DNA of 64,000 nt from Thermoleophilia bacterium (GCA_037133755.1 JBAXNN010000007.1:26545-90544), one strand, 5' to 3'; positions 17,999 through 29,439 are shown, counted from the first letter of the stretch. A program made the numbers and translations. Notes: generated by a model not told the origin, from the sequence alone.

Positions 17999-19417
17999 GT
18001 GTCCGGTCAGCCAGTCGACGAACGTGCCGGCGCGCGAGGTCTTCGTGCCGGTCTCTTCCTGTGCCTCGGCGATGCGGAGCAGCTTGAGTGAGCCGTTGGC
18101 GGCGATCCACCGGGCCGGCTCCGGCTCCCACTTGCGCGAGTGGTGGTTGACCCACGGCAGCGTGGTGATGTCCGTGTCGCGCTGCAGGATCAGGTCGGCG
18201 AGCGTACGGCCGGCGAGGTTCGTGACCGCCACGCCGTCGCCGACGTAGCCGCCGGCCCAGCCCATGCCGGTGCGGCGATCGAGTCCGACGGACGATTGGA
18301 AGTCGCGCGGGATGCCGAGGACGCCGCCCCACGTATGAGTGATCTTGGCGTCGGCCGCAGCAGGGAAGAGCTTCGCGATGACGCCCTGCAGTCGGTCATG
18401 CACGGGCAGGTCGTAGAACTTCGTCTCGAGGCGACTGCCGAAGATGTACGGATGCCCGCGGCCGCCGAGGGCGATGCGATCGTCGGCCGTGCGCTGCGAA
18501 TAGATGAACAGTCGACGGCCATCGGAGAGAACCTCGCGACCGTTCCAGCCAATCTCGTCCCAAACGGACTGCGGCAGCGGCTCGGTCGCGACCATGCAGG
18601 AGGCGAAGGGCATCAGCTGGCGCTTTTCTCCCTTGAGCTCGGGTGTGAAACCCTCCGTGGCACGAATGACGATCTCGGCGTGCACGGTGCCGCGGTCCGT
18701 GAGCACCCGGCCCTGCTCGATCTTCGTGACGTTCGTGCCCTCGTAGATGCCGACACCACGGCGCTCGACGACGTCGGCGAGCCCGCGCGCCAGACGGGCG
18801 GGGTGGATGCGAGCGGCATGTGGGCAGAAGACCGTGCCGAGCGCTCCGGGCACGTTCGTCCTCGCGAGCGTCTCGTCGGCGGAGAGCAGCCGGTAATCGG
18901 CGTCCGTGTGGCCGAACGCATGGTGCGCCTCAACGGCATGCTGGGCATGCTGGAGGCCCACGTGTGTCATCGCGAGCGTAGACCAACCGCCCTTGAAGTA
19001 CTGGGCGTCGATGCCCTCCTTTACGAGCGCCGCGCCAATGACGTCGACCGTCTCGAAGCACGTTCGCTCGTACCGCATGACTGCGTCGTGGCCGTGATCC
19101 TTGACGAAGCGCGCGCGGCTGCCGGGGAGGCCGCCATAGCACCAGCCACCGTTACGACCGGAGGCGCCAAACCCGGCAATCTCCCGCTCCACGATGACGA
19201 TGCGCAGCGTTGGGTCGAGCTCGGTGAGGTAGTAGGCCGTCCACAGCCCCGTGAAGCCCGCGCCGACGATGGCGATATCTGCCTGGGTGTCGCCGGGCAG
19301 CGGGGCGCGCTGCGTGAGGGAGCCGGGTACCGAGTCGTGCCAGTAGCTGGTTGTGCGATAGCGCGCGTCCTCTCCCGTCGAACCGGGAGAGGCGGTGGAG
19401 GTCTCAGTCGTCGCCAT
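17996..19417 (-). CDS. FAD-dependent amine oxidoreductase (PuuB/DadA-like)
   Basis: IVGAGFTGLWTAYYL, GASGRNGG, IHPARLARGL, WGG, GYVGDGV; TACACT 6 nt before the ATG. Confidence 0.88.
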   Translation of the reverse strand: MATTETSTASPGSTGEDARYRTTSYWHDSVPGSLTQRAPLPGDTQADIAIVGAGFTGLWTAYYLTELDPTLRIVIVEREIAGFGASGRNGGWCYGGLPGSRARFVKDHGHDAVMRYERTCFETVDVIGAALVKEGIDAQYFKGGWSTLAMTHVGLQHAQHAVEAHHAFGHTDADYRLLSADETLARTNVPGALGTVFCPHAARIHPARLARGLADVVERRGVGIYEGTNVTKIEQGRVLTDRGTVHAEIVIRATEGFTPELKGEKRQLMPFASCMVATEPLPQSVWDEIGWNGREVLSDGRRLFIYSQRTADDRIALGGRGHPYIFGSRLETKFYDLPVHDRLQGVIAKLFPAAADAKITHTWGGVLGIPRDFQSSVGLDRRTGMGWAGGYVGDGVAVTNLAGRTLADLILQRDTDITTLPWVNHHSRKWEPEPARWIAANGSLKLLRIAEAQEETGTKTSRAGTFVDWLTGH

Positions 19418-19437
19418 GCGGCGAGTGTACCGCGACG

Positions 19438-20007
19438 CTAGGCGGGCTGGTCGACGGCGTCGAGTATGGCCGCATCGACGATCCCGAGCCGAAATGCGCG
19501 GCTGACCGCCTCGGCACGGGTCGTGCAGCACAGGCGGCGATAGATGCCGCGTAGGTGATTCTCGACGGTGGTCTCGGCAATCCAGAGGCGACGGCCAATC
19601 TCGCGGGAGGGAAGCCCGAGGCAGAGCAGGTGCAGGATCTCGAGTTGGCGATCGGTCAGGGCGACCGGTGCCTGGTGGTCGCGATCAAGCGCGAGCAGCA
19701 CCACGAGCGCACCGTCGTCGTGAGGACGGGCGTCGAGCAACAGCGCTGTGCCATCGAGGACGACGCGCCGACGGATCGTGTGGCCGGCGATGGCCTCACG
19801 GAGTGCGGGTGCCAGCTGTGCATGTCGGCTGTTCAGATCAAGCCCCTCAGAGAGCTCGACCGAACCGGCGAGCGCGGTACCGCCTGTGAGTTCCGTCACG
19901 ACGAGTGCGCTATCGACGGCGAAGGCGACGGCGGGGAGGTCGGCGAAGGTGGGTGTGAGGGTCTGCACGGGATGGGCGGTTGCGCGGTGTGCGCAGTCGT
20001 AACCCAT
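19438..20007 (-). CDS. LuxR-family HTH regulator with a degenerate PAS-like N-terminus
   Basis: LTDRQLEILHLLCLG...EIGRRLWIAETTVENHLRGIYRRL...RAEAV; the ATG abuts the upstream TAG (alternative GTG at 19968). Confidence 0.82.
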   Translation of the reverse strand: MGYDCAHRATAHPVQTLTPTFADLPAVAFAVDSALVVTELTGGTALAGSVELSEGLDLNSRHAQLAPALREAIAGHTIRRRVVLDGTALLLDARPHDDGALVVLLALDRDHQAPVALTDRQLEILHLLCLGLPSREIGRRLWIAETTVENHLRGIYRRLCCTTRAEAVSRAFRLGIVDAAILDAVDQPA

Positions 20008-20664
20008 CTATCGCGGCGGCACTGCGCCTGGCCGAACCGGCGGGCGAATCTCGAGCTGGACCGATCCGTCAGGAAGCGCGATGGCGTTCCAGTCGCGCCA
20101 GCGCGGCGCGAGCTCGGCGAGGGAGTCACCACGCTCGTCGAGGCGAACGGCCGGGACGCCGCCTGGTTCCACGAGATACCGGTACCAAGAGAGATCCCAG
20201 ACGATCGTGACGGCCGCACCCGGCCGGCGACCGCCGAAGGCCACGACGCTCACGCGAGCCTGGCCGAGGCTTTTGGAGATGCCCGAAACGGTGCCGCGAT
20301 AGGGGCTGGCGTTGAATGTCTCAACGCTGATCAGCATGGTCGTGGCGCGGGCCAGCTCGTCTGCCGTCCCGAGGCCGTTCGGCGCGCGGATCGGATCGTG
20401 CAGATCGATGGCCTCCGCGGACGTACGTCGGCGCAGACGTTCGAGGACGCTCTCGCGGCGGGTATCAACGGGGGGTGGCGCAGCTCGACCCTCCTCGACC
20501 CAGCCGTCAGCACGCGCCTCGGAGGCGCAGAGTCGGCAGACTGTGCGCGTGTGGCCGTGGCGGCTGAAGCGCAGTGGTTCTTCGCCAAGCAGGATCGTTC
20601 GCTCGCAGATCGCGCAGGCCAGCAGCCGTTCGGTGCTCGTCAATCGGTCGCGGGTCATCGCCAT
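20008..20664 (-). CDS. Hypothetical protein with an N-terminal CxxC...CxxC (possible Zn ribbon)
   Basis: CAIC-x22-CRLC; globular C-terminus with WDLSWYRY; TATCAT upstream. Confidence 0.7.
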   Translation of the reverse strand: MAMTRDRLTSTERLLACAICERTILLGEEPLRFSRHGHTRTVCRLCASEARADGWVEEGRAAPPPVDTRRESVLERLRRRTSAEAIDLHDPIRAPNGLGTADELARATTMLISVETFNASPYRGTVSGISKSLGQARVSVVAFGGRRPGAAVTIVWDLSWYRYLVEPGGVPAVRLDERGDSLAELAPRWRDWNAIALPDGSVQLEIRPPVRPGAVPPR

Positions 20665-20693
20665 CGGAACAGCATGATAGGGCCCCGGCGGTG

Positions 20694-21587
20694 TCAGCCG
20701 TCGGGTTGCCCGTCACCGCGAGGATGGGCCTGCGCGTGGGCGCGACGTAGGTGAGGAAGTCCGAGATGGGTATAGATCTCGGTCGTGGCAAGCGAGGCGT
20801 GGCCGAGGAGTTCCTGAATTGCTCGCAGATCACCGCCGCCCTCAAGCATGTGTGTGGCATAGGCGTGGCGCAAGGCGTGTGGGCCATGCCCCTCGAGGCC
20901 GACTGCGCGCAGGCGCTTGTGCAAGGCGCGGCGCACACCCGATGTATCGAGCCGCTTGCCGCGTGTAGACAGCAGGAGGGCCGGTGGGGAATCGGCAGTG
21001 ACGAGTTCTGGGCGGCCACGCGCGAGCCAGGCGTTGACGGCGTCGCTGGCTGGCTCGCCGATCGGGACCAGCCGCGTCTTGCCGCCTTTACCGCGTACGC
21101 GAAGCGTGCGGTTATCGAGGCTCGACAGATCCAACGCGCAAGCCTCTGCGGCACGCAGGCCGGCGCCATACAGCAGTTCGAGCAGGGCTCGATCGCGCAG
21201 GCCGAGTGCGCTATCAGGCCATGCGACATCGAGCATGCGTGTCGTGTCGCGCGTTGGTGGCACGACCGGGAGGCGACGCTGGCGCTTTGGCCCTGGGATC
21301 TCTGCGGCAGGGTCGCCATCGCTCTCGCCGGCGAGTCGTCGATGGAATCCCCGGACAGCCGACAGCCTGCGGGCGCGGGTCGCGGCGGCGAGCTCGCGGG
21401 CGGCGAGATCGGCCGCGTAGGCGCGCACGTCGGCACGGGTGGCGCGTGTCGGATCGGCGGCGCGAGACTCGAGCCAGTCGCAGTAGTCACGGAGATCCGC
21501 GCGGTACGCGCGAAGCGTCTGCGGACTGGCGCCACGCGCGCTGAGTGCCGTGAGGTACTGCTCAATCGGATCGGTCAGGAGTGCCAC
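20694..21587 (-). CDS. xerC: Tyrosine recombinase, XerC-like
   Basis: SAM-like N-domain (TLRAYRADL); catalytic R (YGAGLR), K (GKGGK), HxxR (HALRH), H/Y (LGH...TEIY); 297 aa. XerC versus XerD is not certain. Confidence 0.8.
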   Translation of the reverse strand: MALLTDPIEQYLTALSARGASPQTLRAYRADLRDYCDWLESRAADPTRATRADVRAYAADLAARELAAATRARRLSAVRGFHRRLAGESDGDPAAEIPGPKRQRRLPVVPPTRDTTRMLDVAWPDSALGLRDRALLELLYGAGLRAAEACALDLSSLDNRTLRVRGKGGKTRLVPIGEPASDAVNAWLARGRPELVTADSPPALLLSTRGKRLDTSGVRRALHKRLRAVGLEGHGPHALRHAYATHMLEGGGDLRAIQELLGHASLATTEIYTHLGLPHLRRAHAQAHPRGDGQPDG

Positions 21588-21623
21588 AGTCGATCGTTCG
21601 CCGTAGGCAGCGGGTCTCTTGCC

Positions 21624-21785
21624 TCAGCTGCGGCGGCGGCGCAGCCCGCCGGCAGCCAGTGATGCCATCCAGATGCCGATGATGGCGGCCCCAATCGCGG
21701 GAATGCGTTGACCGCCATTCCACGCGGCCCACGCGACAACAAGCAGTCCGAGCGCGAGCACGGCGAAGAGGATCCGCGTGGCCAT
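21624..21785 (-). CDS. Small (53-aa) two-helix membrane protein
   Basis: Two hydrophobic helices and a basic tail RRRRS; CACGGT 6 nt before the ATG. Confidence 0.65.
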   Translation of the reverse strand: MATRILFAVLALGLLVVAWAAWNGGQRIPAIGAAIIGIWMASLAAGGLRRRRS

Positions 21786-21857
21786 GACTGCACCGTGGCA
21801 TGTGAGCACGCTTTCGTCCAGCCCATCGAGAGGCTCGTGACGCATACAGTTCGCGCA

Positions 21858-23015
21858 ATGCGTCTGTTTCGTCACCTGGTGCTCCTCTCGATCTTGGTCG
21901 CGATGCTCGCTGCGGCTCTGCCGGCCGCAGCCGCGCAGCCGCATGTCCGCGTCGTCGGCGGCCAACCGGTTGCCATGACGGACATGCCGTGGGCGGTCTA
22001 CCTCGAGGCCGATCTCGGGGCGGGCAACTCCTGGTCTTGCGGGGGCACGATTGTGGGCCCGCACTTCATCCTGACGGCCGCGCACTGCGTGGTGGACAAG
22101 CAGAACACCATCAAGCCCGGCCAGATCAGCGGTGTCGCCGGTCGCGCCGATCTTCGTTCCGCAGACGGCACGGAGTTTGACGTGGTTCGTATTGCCGTCA
22201 ATCCGAGCTACAACCGCACGCGCGGGTCGGAAGGCGGCCCGGGTGACGCCGCGCTCCTCTGGACGAGCGTTGATCTACCGTACGCACCGCTGCCACTCGC
22301 AACCACTGCCGATGCGCCCTTCTACGCCGCCGGAGTGATGGCTCGTATCGCGGGCTGGGGGCTCACCTCTGCGTCGGGTGGTACGACGGAGGTCCTCTTG
22401 ACGGCGTCGGTGCCGATCGTCTCGGACGCCGAGTGCTCCACGAGTGATCAGGTCTCCATCGGCGAAGCGCAGGCGATGGTCTGTGCGGGGTTCGCGGCTG
22501 GGGGCATCGATTCGTGTCAGGGCGACAGTGGTGGGCCCCTGACCGTTCTCAATGGGTCGGGCGCCACGATCCTCGCTGGCGTCGTCTCGTGGGGGTACGA
22601 GTGCGCGGCAGCTGGGCGCCCGGGGCTCTATACGCGCGTGGCGACGCTCACGTCGTGGATCACGCCGCTCCTCACCGGCGACGAGAAGGCCTGGAGCGCC
22701 GCCGCGGATCAGTCCCCGCCTCGCGTGCGCATGTCGCGCACTCGTATGGACGCCAAGTCCTACGCGAAGTTCACCTATCGCATCCTCGGCGAGACCGGTC
22801 CCACGCGCGAGACGATCTCTATTCGGCGTACGCGTGGTGGCACCGTCTTGAAGCGCTTCTCGACGAAGGTGGCACTCAATCCGCCCGGTAAGAACGCCGT
22901 CGTCTCGTGGCGCGTGCCCAACTCGCTCCCGTTCGGCGCGTACGTGTGGTGCATGACGTCGAGGGATGCGTCCGGCAACACCTCGGCGCTGCAGTGCGCT
23001 CCGTTCGCTGTCTGA
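21858..23015 (+). CDS. Secreted trypsin-like (S1) serine protease with a C-terminal Ig-like domain
   Basis: Signal peptide, VVGG mature N-terminus, LTAAHC, DAALL, DSCQGDSGGP (Asp at the S1 pocket position), GVVSWG. Confidence 0.93.
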   Translation: MRLFRHLVLLSILVAMLAAALPAAAAQPHVRVVGGQPVAMTDMPWAVYLEADLGAGNSWSCGGTIVGPHFILTAAHCVVDKQNTIKPGQISGVAGRADLRSADGTEFDVVRIAVNPSYNRTRGSEGGPGDAALLWTSVDLPYAPLPLATTADAPFYAAGVMARIAGWGLTSASGGTTEVLLTASVPIVSDAECSTSDQVSIGEAQAMVCAGFAAGGIDSCQGDSGGPLTVLNGSGATILAGVVSWGYECAAAGRPGLYTRVATLTSWITPLLTGDEKAWSAAADQSPPRVRMSRTRMDAKSYAKFTYRILGETGPTRETISIRRTRGGTVLKRFSTKVALNPPGKNAVVSWRVPNSLPFGAYVWCMTSRDASGNTSALQCAPFAV

Positions 23016-23056
23016 CCTGCATTGGCGTGACCGCGGGCGCGTGGTAGGTTGCCCCT

Positions 23057-23806
23057 ATGGCTTCCCACACCGTTGATAAGAAGGTGCTCGCGCAGGGTCG
23101 CGAGGATCTGACCGCGCTGTTCCGTATCTCCGCCATGCATGGCTACAACGAGGCGATTGACAACCACTACTCGCTGGCGATCGACGGTCACGACGACCTC
23201 TTTCTCCTCAACGCGTACGGACCGCACTGGTCTGAGATGCGGCCGAGCAACATCGTGCTCGTCGATCTCGACGGCAACGTCGTTGAGGGCCAGGGTTCCG
23301 GCGCGATTACGGCCATGCAGATCCATCGGCAGATTCATCGCGCACGACCCGATGCGCGCTGCATCATGCATACCCACATGCCGTACGCATCGGCCGTGGC
23401 GTGCACGAAGGGCGGCTTCAATCAGCGCCTGACGCAGAACGCCATGAGTTTCTATGGCACCGTCGCCACGTTGGGGTACGGCGGCCAGGTCGAAGGTGAT
23501 GGCGAGGGGCTGCGGCTGGCCAAGGCGGTCGCCAAGGGCGCCAACGTCATCTTCCTGCAGAACCATGGTGTCATCGTGATCGGCAAGACGCCGGCCCAGG
23601 CGTGGCTGCGCACGTACTTTCTTGAGCGCGCCTGCGAGGTGCAGATCCTTGCGCAGTCCACACGAGACGAACTGGTGCTGGCGCCGAAAAAGGTTGCGCA
23701 ATTCACCAACAGCCAGTGGGAGAAGAACACCGACGAGGAGGCGCCTCCGCTGTTTGCGGCGATGAAGCGCCTGCTCGATCGGGATCAGCCCGGCTGGAAC
23801 CGTTGA
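23057..23806 (+). CDS. Class II aldolase/adducin family protein
   Basis: NHYS, IHRQIH, CIMHTH and FLQNHG metal-binding histidines. Confidence 0.9.
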   Translation: MASHTVDKKVLAQGREDLTALFRISAMHGYNEAIDNHYSLAIDGHDDLFLLNAYGPHWSEMRPSNIVLVDLDGNVVEGQGSGAITAMQIHRQIHRARPDARCIMHTHMPYASAVACTKGGFNQRLTQNAMSFYGTVATLGYGGQVEGDGEGLRLAKAVAKGANVIFLQNHGVIVIGKTPAQAWLRTYFLERACEVQILAQSTRDELVLAPKKVAQFTNSQWEKNTDEEAPPLFAAMKRLLDRDQPGWNR

Positions 23807-23880
23807 CACGGGATGTCACGACTCTCGTGACCTGATATTCGGCGAGTGAGCCGACACGCTTTGGCGAGCGAAAGGGTGGC

Positions 23881-25035
23881 ATGGCTGGAGCAACCGTCGG
23901 CGTACCGCTTGAGGTGGAAAAGCACGAGCAGCGCGTGGCCCTTGTGCCTGCCGTCGTGGCCGCGCTGATTCAGCACGGTCTCTCGGTAGTGATCCAACGT
24001 GGCGCCGGCGTCGCTGCGGGCTACAGTGATGACGACTACAGCGAGGCGGGTGCGCACCTCGTCGACGACGTCGACGCGATACTGGACCAAGCCGACGTGA
24101 TCGCCGCTGTCGGCCCCCTCGCTCCCGAGGCTCAGGCGCGCATCACGTCGCGCCACACCCTGCTTGGCTTCCACGATCCGCTCGGCAGCCCGTCTGCGCT
24201 CCAGCAACTCGCAACGTCGGGTGCGACGGTGTTCGCGTTCGAATTCGTGCCGCGCACCACGCGAGCGCAGTCGATGGACGCGCTTTCGTCGCAGGCCACG
24301 ATCGCCGGATACCATGCGGTGCTGCTCGCCGCCGAGCGCTCGCCGCGTCTCTTCCCGCTCCTGATGACGGCAGCGGGCACCGTCAAGGCTCGGAATGTCC
24401 TTGTCCTCGGTGCCGGCGTGGCCGGTCTGCAGGCGATCGCAACGGCGCGCAGGCTGGGTGCCGTGGTGACCGCGTTTGACGTGCGACCTGCCGTAAAAGA
24501 GCAGGTTGAGTCTCTCGGTGCGCGCTTCCTCGCGATCGACGTCGCGGGCGAGGAGCAGGCTGGCGGGTACGCCACCGGCCTCGACGAAGAGCAGCACCGA
24601 TTGGAGCAGGAGGCCTTGGCGCGCGCCTGTGCCGACGCGGATGTCGTGATCGCCACTGCGCAGATCCCAGGCGCTGCGGCGCCCGAGTTGGTCACCAAGG
24701 AGGCCGTCGCGTCGATGCGGCGTGGGGCGGTCATCGTGGATCTCGCTGCGTCGACGGGAGGCAACTGTGCCTGTACCCGCGCCGACGAGGAGGTCCTTGT
24801 CGACGGAGTGCTCGTCCTGGGCCCTTCGAACCCGGCAGCGACGATGCCCGGCAGCGCCAGCGATCTCTACGCCGCCAACGTGCGTGCGTTCCTGCAGTTG
24901 ATCTGCCCCGAGGGCGTTCTGGCGCCGGACTGGGACGACGAAATCGTCGCGGGGGCACTCGTGGCGCGCGATGGCCACATCACCGCGGAGCGCGTCCTGC
25001 AGCGCCTCGCCGACCAAGGAGCAGACCGGGCATGA
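23881..25035 (+). CDS. pntA: NAD(P) transhydrogenase subunit alpha, part 1
   Basis: EQRVALVP, RAQSMDALSSQATIAGY, MTAAGT, VLGAGVAGLQA, VDLAASTGGN. Confidence 0.95.
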   Translation: MAGATVGVPLEVEKHEQRVALVPAVVAALIQHGLSVVIQRGAGVAAGYSDDDYSEAGAHLVDDVDAILDQADVIAAVGPLAPEAQARITSRHTLLGFHDPLGSPSALQQLATSGATVFAFEFVPRTTRAQSMDALSSQATIAGYHAVLLAAERSPRLFPLLMTAAGTVKARNVLVLGAGVAGLQAIATARRLGAVVTAFDVRPAVKEQVESLGARFLAIDVAGEEQAGGYATGLDEEQHRLEQEALARACADADVVIATAQIPGAAAPELVTKEAVASMRRGAVIVDLAASTGGNCACTRADEEVLVDGVLVLGPSNPAATMPGSASDLYAANVRAFLQLICPEGVLAPDWDDEIVAGALVARDGHITAERVLQRLADQGADRA

Positions 25036-25337
25036 GCTTCATCACCGAACTGGTCATCCTCGTCTTGGCCGCCTGGGTCGGCATCGAGGTCGTGTCCAAG
25101 GTGCCGCAGATGCTGCATACACCGCTGATGAGCGGCACCAACGCCATCCACGGCGTCGTGCTCGTCGGCGCGATCCTCGTGCTGGGCGCTGCCGCCGGCG
25201 GCACGATTGAAGTCGTCTGCGGCATCGTCGCCGTTGCCTTTGGTGCCGCGAACGTCGTCGGTGGCTTCGTAGTCACGGATCGCATGCTCCAGATGTTCAA
25301 GCGACGTCCCGAGCCGAAGGACGGAGGCGCAGAGTGA
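25032..25337 (+). CDS. pntA: NAD(P) transhydrogenase subunit alpha, part 2 (membrane)
   Basis: LHTPLMSGTNAIHG, NVVGGFVVTDRML. Confidence 0.95.
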   Translation: MSFITELVILVLAAWVGIEVVSKVPQMLHTPLMSGTNAIHGVVLVGAILVLGAAAGGTIEVVCGIVAVAFGAANVVGGFVVTDRMLQMFKRRPEPKDGGAE

Positions 25338-26731
25338 GTCGCGCCGATCTGATCCAGCTCGCCTACCTCGTGGCGGCGGTGTGCTTCATCCTCGGCCTCA
25401 AGTGGCTGTCGTCACCCCGCTCGGCGCGTCGTGGCAACCAAGTCGCTGCCATCGGCATGGCGATTGCAATTGCAGCGACGCTGATCGATAGGCGCGTCGT
25501 CGACTACACCTGGATCGTCATCGCAGCAGTCGTGGGTGGCTCGATCGGCGCGGTGATCGCCCGTCGCGTCCAGATGACGGCGATGCCGCAACTGGTCGCG
25601 CTCCTCAACGGTCTCGGCGGCGGCGCAGCGGCGCTGATCGCGATCTCGGAGTATCACGCCCACGGTGCGCTCGGCGAGACGTCCCTTGGTGCGGTGACCG
25701 CCGTCTCGGTGATGTTCTCGGCGGTCGTGGGCTCGGTTTCGTTTGCCGGCAGTCTGATCGCCTTCGGCAAGCTGCAGGAGCTCCTCCCGGGACGCCCCAT
25801 CACGTGGCCGGCGCAGAAGGTGCTCAACGCGATCATCGGCATTGTGATCCTCGCCCTCGCGGTGTGGGCCTCGCTCGACGTGAACGATCCTGTCCTCTGG
25901 GTTGCGGTGGGGCTCGCGCTCGTCCTCGGTGCGGCTGCCGTACTGCCGATTGGCGGCGCCGACATGCCCGTCGTGATCGCGTTTCTGAATGCGTGCACCG
26001 GGCTTGCTGCCGCTGCGACGGGCTTCGCGCTTGGCAACGTGCTCCTCATCATCGCGGGCGTGCTGGTTGGTGCGAGCGGCACGATGCTGACGCAGTTGAT
26101 GTCGAAGGCGATGAACCGCTCGCTGACCAGCGTCCTGTTCGGTGCGTTCGGCGGCGGCGCCACGGGCGCGGCGTCCGGTGGGAGCGGTGGAGAGGCGTTG
26201 CCGGTGCTCGAGATTTCGCCCGCCGATCTCGCGGCGCAGCTCGTCTACGCGCGTCGCGTCGTGATCGTGCCGGGCTACGGGCTTGCCGTCGCGCAGGCAC
26301 AGCATCCGGTGCGCGAGCTGGCCGACCTTCTCGGTGAGCGAGGGGTCGACGTGACGTTCGCGATCCATCCCGTGGCTGGTCGCATGCCTGGGCACATGAA
26401 CGTGCTGCTCGCCGAAGCCGACGTGCCGTACGACAAGCTTCTTGAGATGGAAGAGGCCAATCCGGACTTCCCCCAGACCGACGTGGTGCTGGTGATCGGT
26501 GCCAACGATGTGGTGAATCCCGCCGCACGCGACGATCCGGACAGTCCCTTGCACGGTATGCCGATTCTCGAGGTGGATCACGCCGAGCACGTCATCGTCT
26601 TCAAGCGCTCGATGGCCTCCGGGTTCGCTGGTGTTGAGAACATGCTCTTCCACGATCCCAAGACCCGCATGCTGTTCGGCGATGCGCGCAAGAGCCTGAC
26701 GCAGCTCGTCCAAGACGTGCAGGCCGTCTAG
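25334..26731 (+). CDS. pntB: NAD(P) transhydrogenase subunit beta
   Basis: MTAMPQLVA, IGGADMPVVI, AMNRSL, PGYGLAVAQAQ, HPVAGRMPGHMNVLLAEA, GANDVVNPAA. Confidence 0.97.
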   Translation: MSRADLIQLAYLVAAVCFILGLKWLSSPRSARRGNQVAAIGMAIAIAATLIDRRVVDYTWIVIAAVVGGSIGAVIARRVQMTAMPQLVALLNGLGGGAAALIAISEYHAHGALGETSLGAVTAVSVMFSAVVGSVSFAGSLIAFGKLQELLPGRPITWPAQKVLNAIIGIVILALAVWASLDVNDPVLWVAVGLALVLGAAAVLPIGGADMPVVIAFLNACTGLAAAATGFALGNVLLIIAGVLVGASGTMLTQLMSKAMNRSLTSVLFGAFGGGATGAASGGSGGEALPVLEISPADLAAQLVYARRVVIVPGYGLAVAQAQHPVRELADLLGERGVDVTFAIHPVAGRMPGHMNVLLAEADVPYDKLLEMEEANPDFPQTDVVLVIGANDVVNPAARDDPDSPLHGMPILEVDHAEHVIVFKRSMASGFAGVENMLFHDPKTRMLFGDARKSLTQLVQDVQAV

Positions 26732-26748
26732 GCCGCTACGGTTCGCGC

Positions 26749-27210
26749 ATGGTTGGCGATACCGACCCGAAGCACACCTCTCTGTCTGGGCTCGAGCTAT
26801 TCCAGCAGCTCAAGGACGGGCAGATCACGCCGAGCCCGTGGGCGGTGCTCGCCGATCTGCACGTGCAGGATCTTGGCGAGGGACGCGCGGTGCTTGGCGC
26901 CACCCCCGATGAGCGTCATCTCAACCAGATTGGCCTCGTCCACGGCGGCTGGGTCACGACGCTGATGGACTCCGCGCTTGGCGGAGCCGCACATACGCTC
27001 CTGCCGGCCGGTCGGCGTGCCGTGACGATCGAAATCAAGGTGAACCTCACGCGCCCGGTCATCCCCGGCACACCGATCACGGCGACGGGTGAGGTGCAGC
27101 ACCACGGGCGCCGGACGATCGTCGCCGAGGGCAAGATGCGCGATGACCAGGATCGTATTCTCGCAATTGCGCTGGCCACGTTCGCGGTGGTTGAGGTGCC
27201 GACGGAGTGA
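26749..27210 (+). CDS. PaaI family thioesterase (hotdog fold)
   Basis: HLNQIGLVHGGW...LMDSALG, TIEIKVNLTRP. Confidence 0.9.
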   Translation: MVGDTDPKHTSLSGLELFQQLKDGQITPSPWAVLADLHVQDLGEGRAVLGATPDERHLNQIGLVHGGWVTTLMDSALGGAAHTLLPAGRRAVTIEIKVNLTRPVIPGTPITATGEVQHHGRRTIVAEGKMRDDQDRILAIALATFAVVEVPTE

Positions 27211-27760
27211 GTCGTCGCATCGCCGATGCGGCGACGCACGGCGACGTCGAGGTGCGGCGGTGGCGGCCAGAAGACGGTGCCGAGCTGCGTGCGGTGATCT
27301 TGTCGTCCGACGCACATCTACGGCCGCGCATGGCGTGGCTGGACCTCTGGGCACCAGCCGACTGCGATCCGGCCGCGACGATCGTCGGGTGGAATGCCGA
27401 GTGGGATGACGGTGGCGATCTCTATGCCGGCATCTTCGAGCGGGGCATCATCGCGGGGGCCGTCGGGTTGCATCGCCGCATCGGACCGACGGGCCTTGAG
27501 GTCGGCTACTGGCTCGGCGCGCACGCCACGGGGCGTGGGCTGGCGACGATTGCCTCGGGTCTTGCCACCGACCTCGCGTTCGCCGATCCCGCGATCGATC
27601 ACGTGCGCATCGCGCACGACATCACGAACGAGGCGAGCGAGGGCGTGCCGCGACGCCTCGGCTATGCGCTCATCGGTGAAGTCGCCTGCGAGCGTGCTCT
27701 CGGTCCTGCGGATACGGGCACTGATCGAATCTGGGAGGTCACGCGCGCGGCGTGGCCGGG

Positions 27761-27779
<19 letters not shown>
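27207..27779 (+). CDS. GNAT (RimJ/RimL-like) N-acetyltransferase
   Basis: EVGYWL...[18 protein letters not shown]. Confidence 0.88.
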
Positions 27780-29338
<1,559 letters not shown>

Positions 29339-29439
29339 GATGGGTCTCCGATAACTAATAGGCTATTGCCTATGTCCCGTAGGCAGGAACCGAATAGTTG
29401 CACATGGCGTCGCAGTCGTGACGGTGGTACAACGCAGCC

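Noticed and set aside
20694-21587. Tyrosine recombinase as a prophage or island integrase
   Set aside because: Its size and motifs fit housekeeping XerC/D; no arm-binding extension, att repeats or phage/plasmid genes are nearby.
23803-23808. TTGACA as the -35 of pntAB
   Set aside because: It includes the upstream gene's TGA stop, and no plausible -10 lies 16-18 nt downstream.
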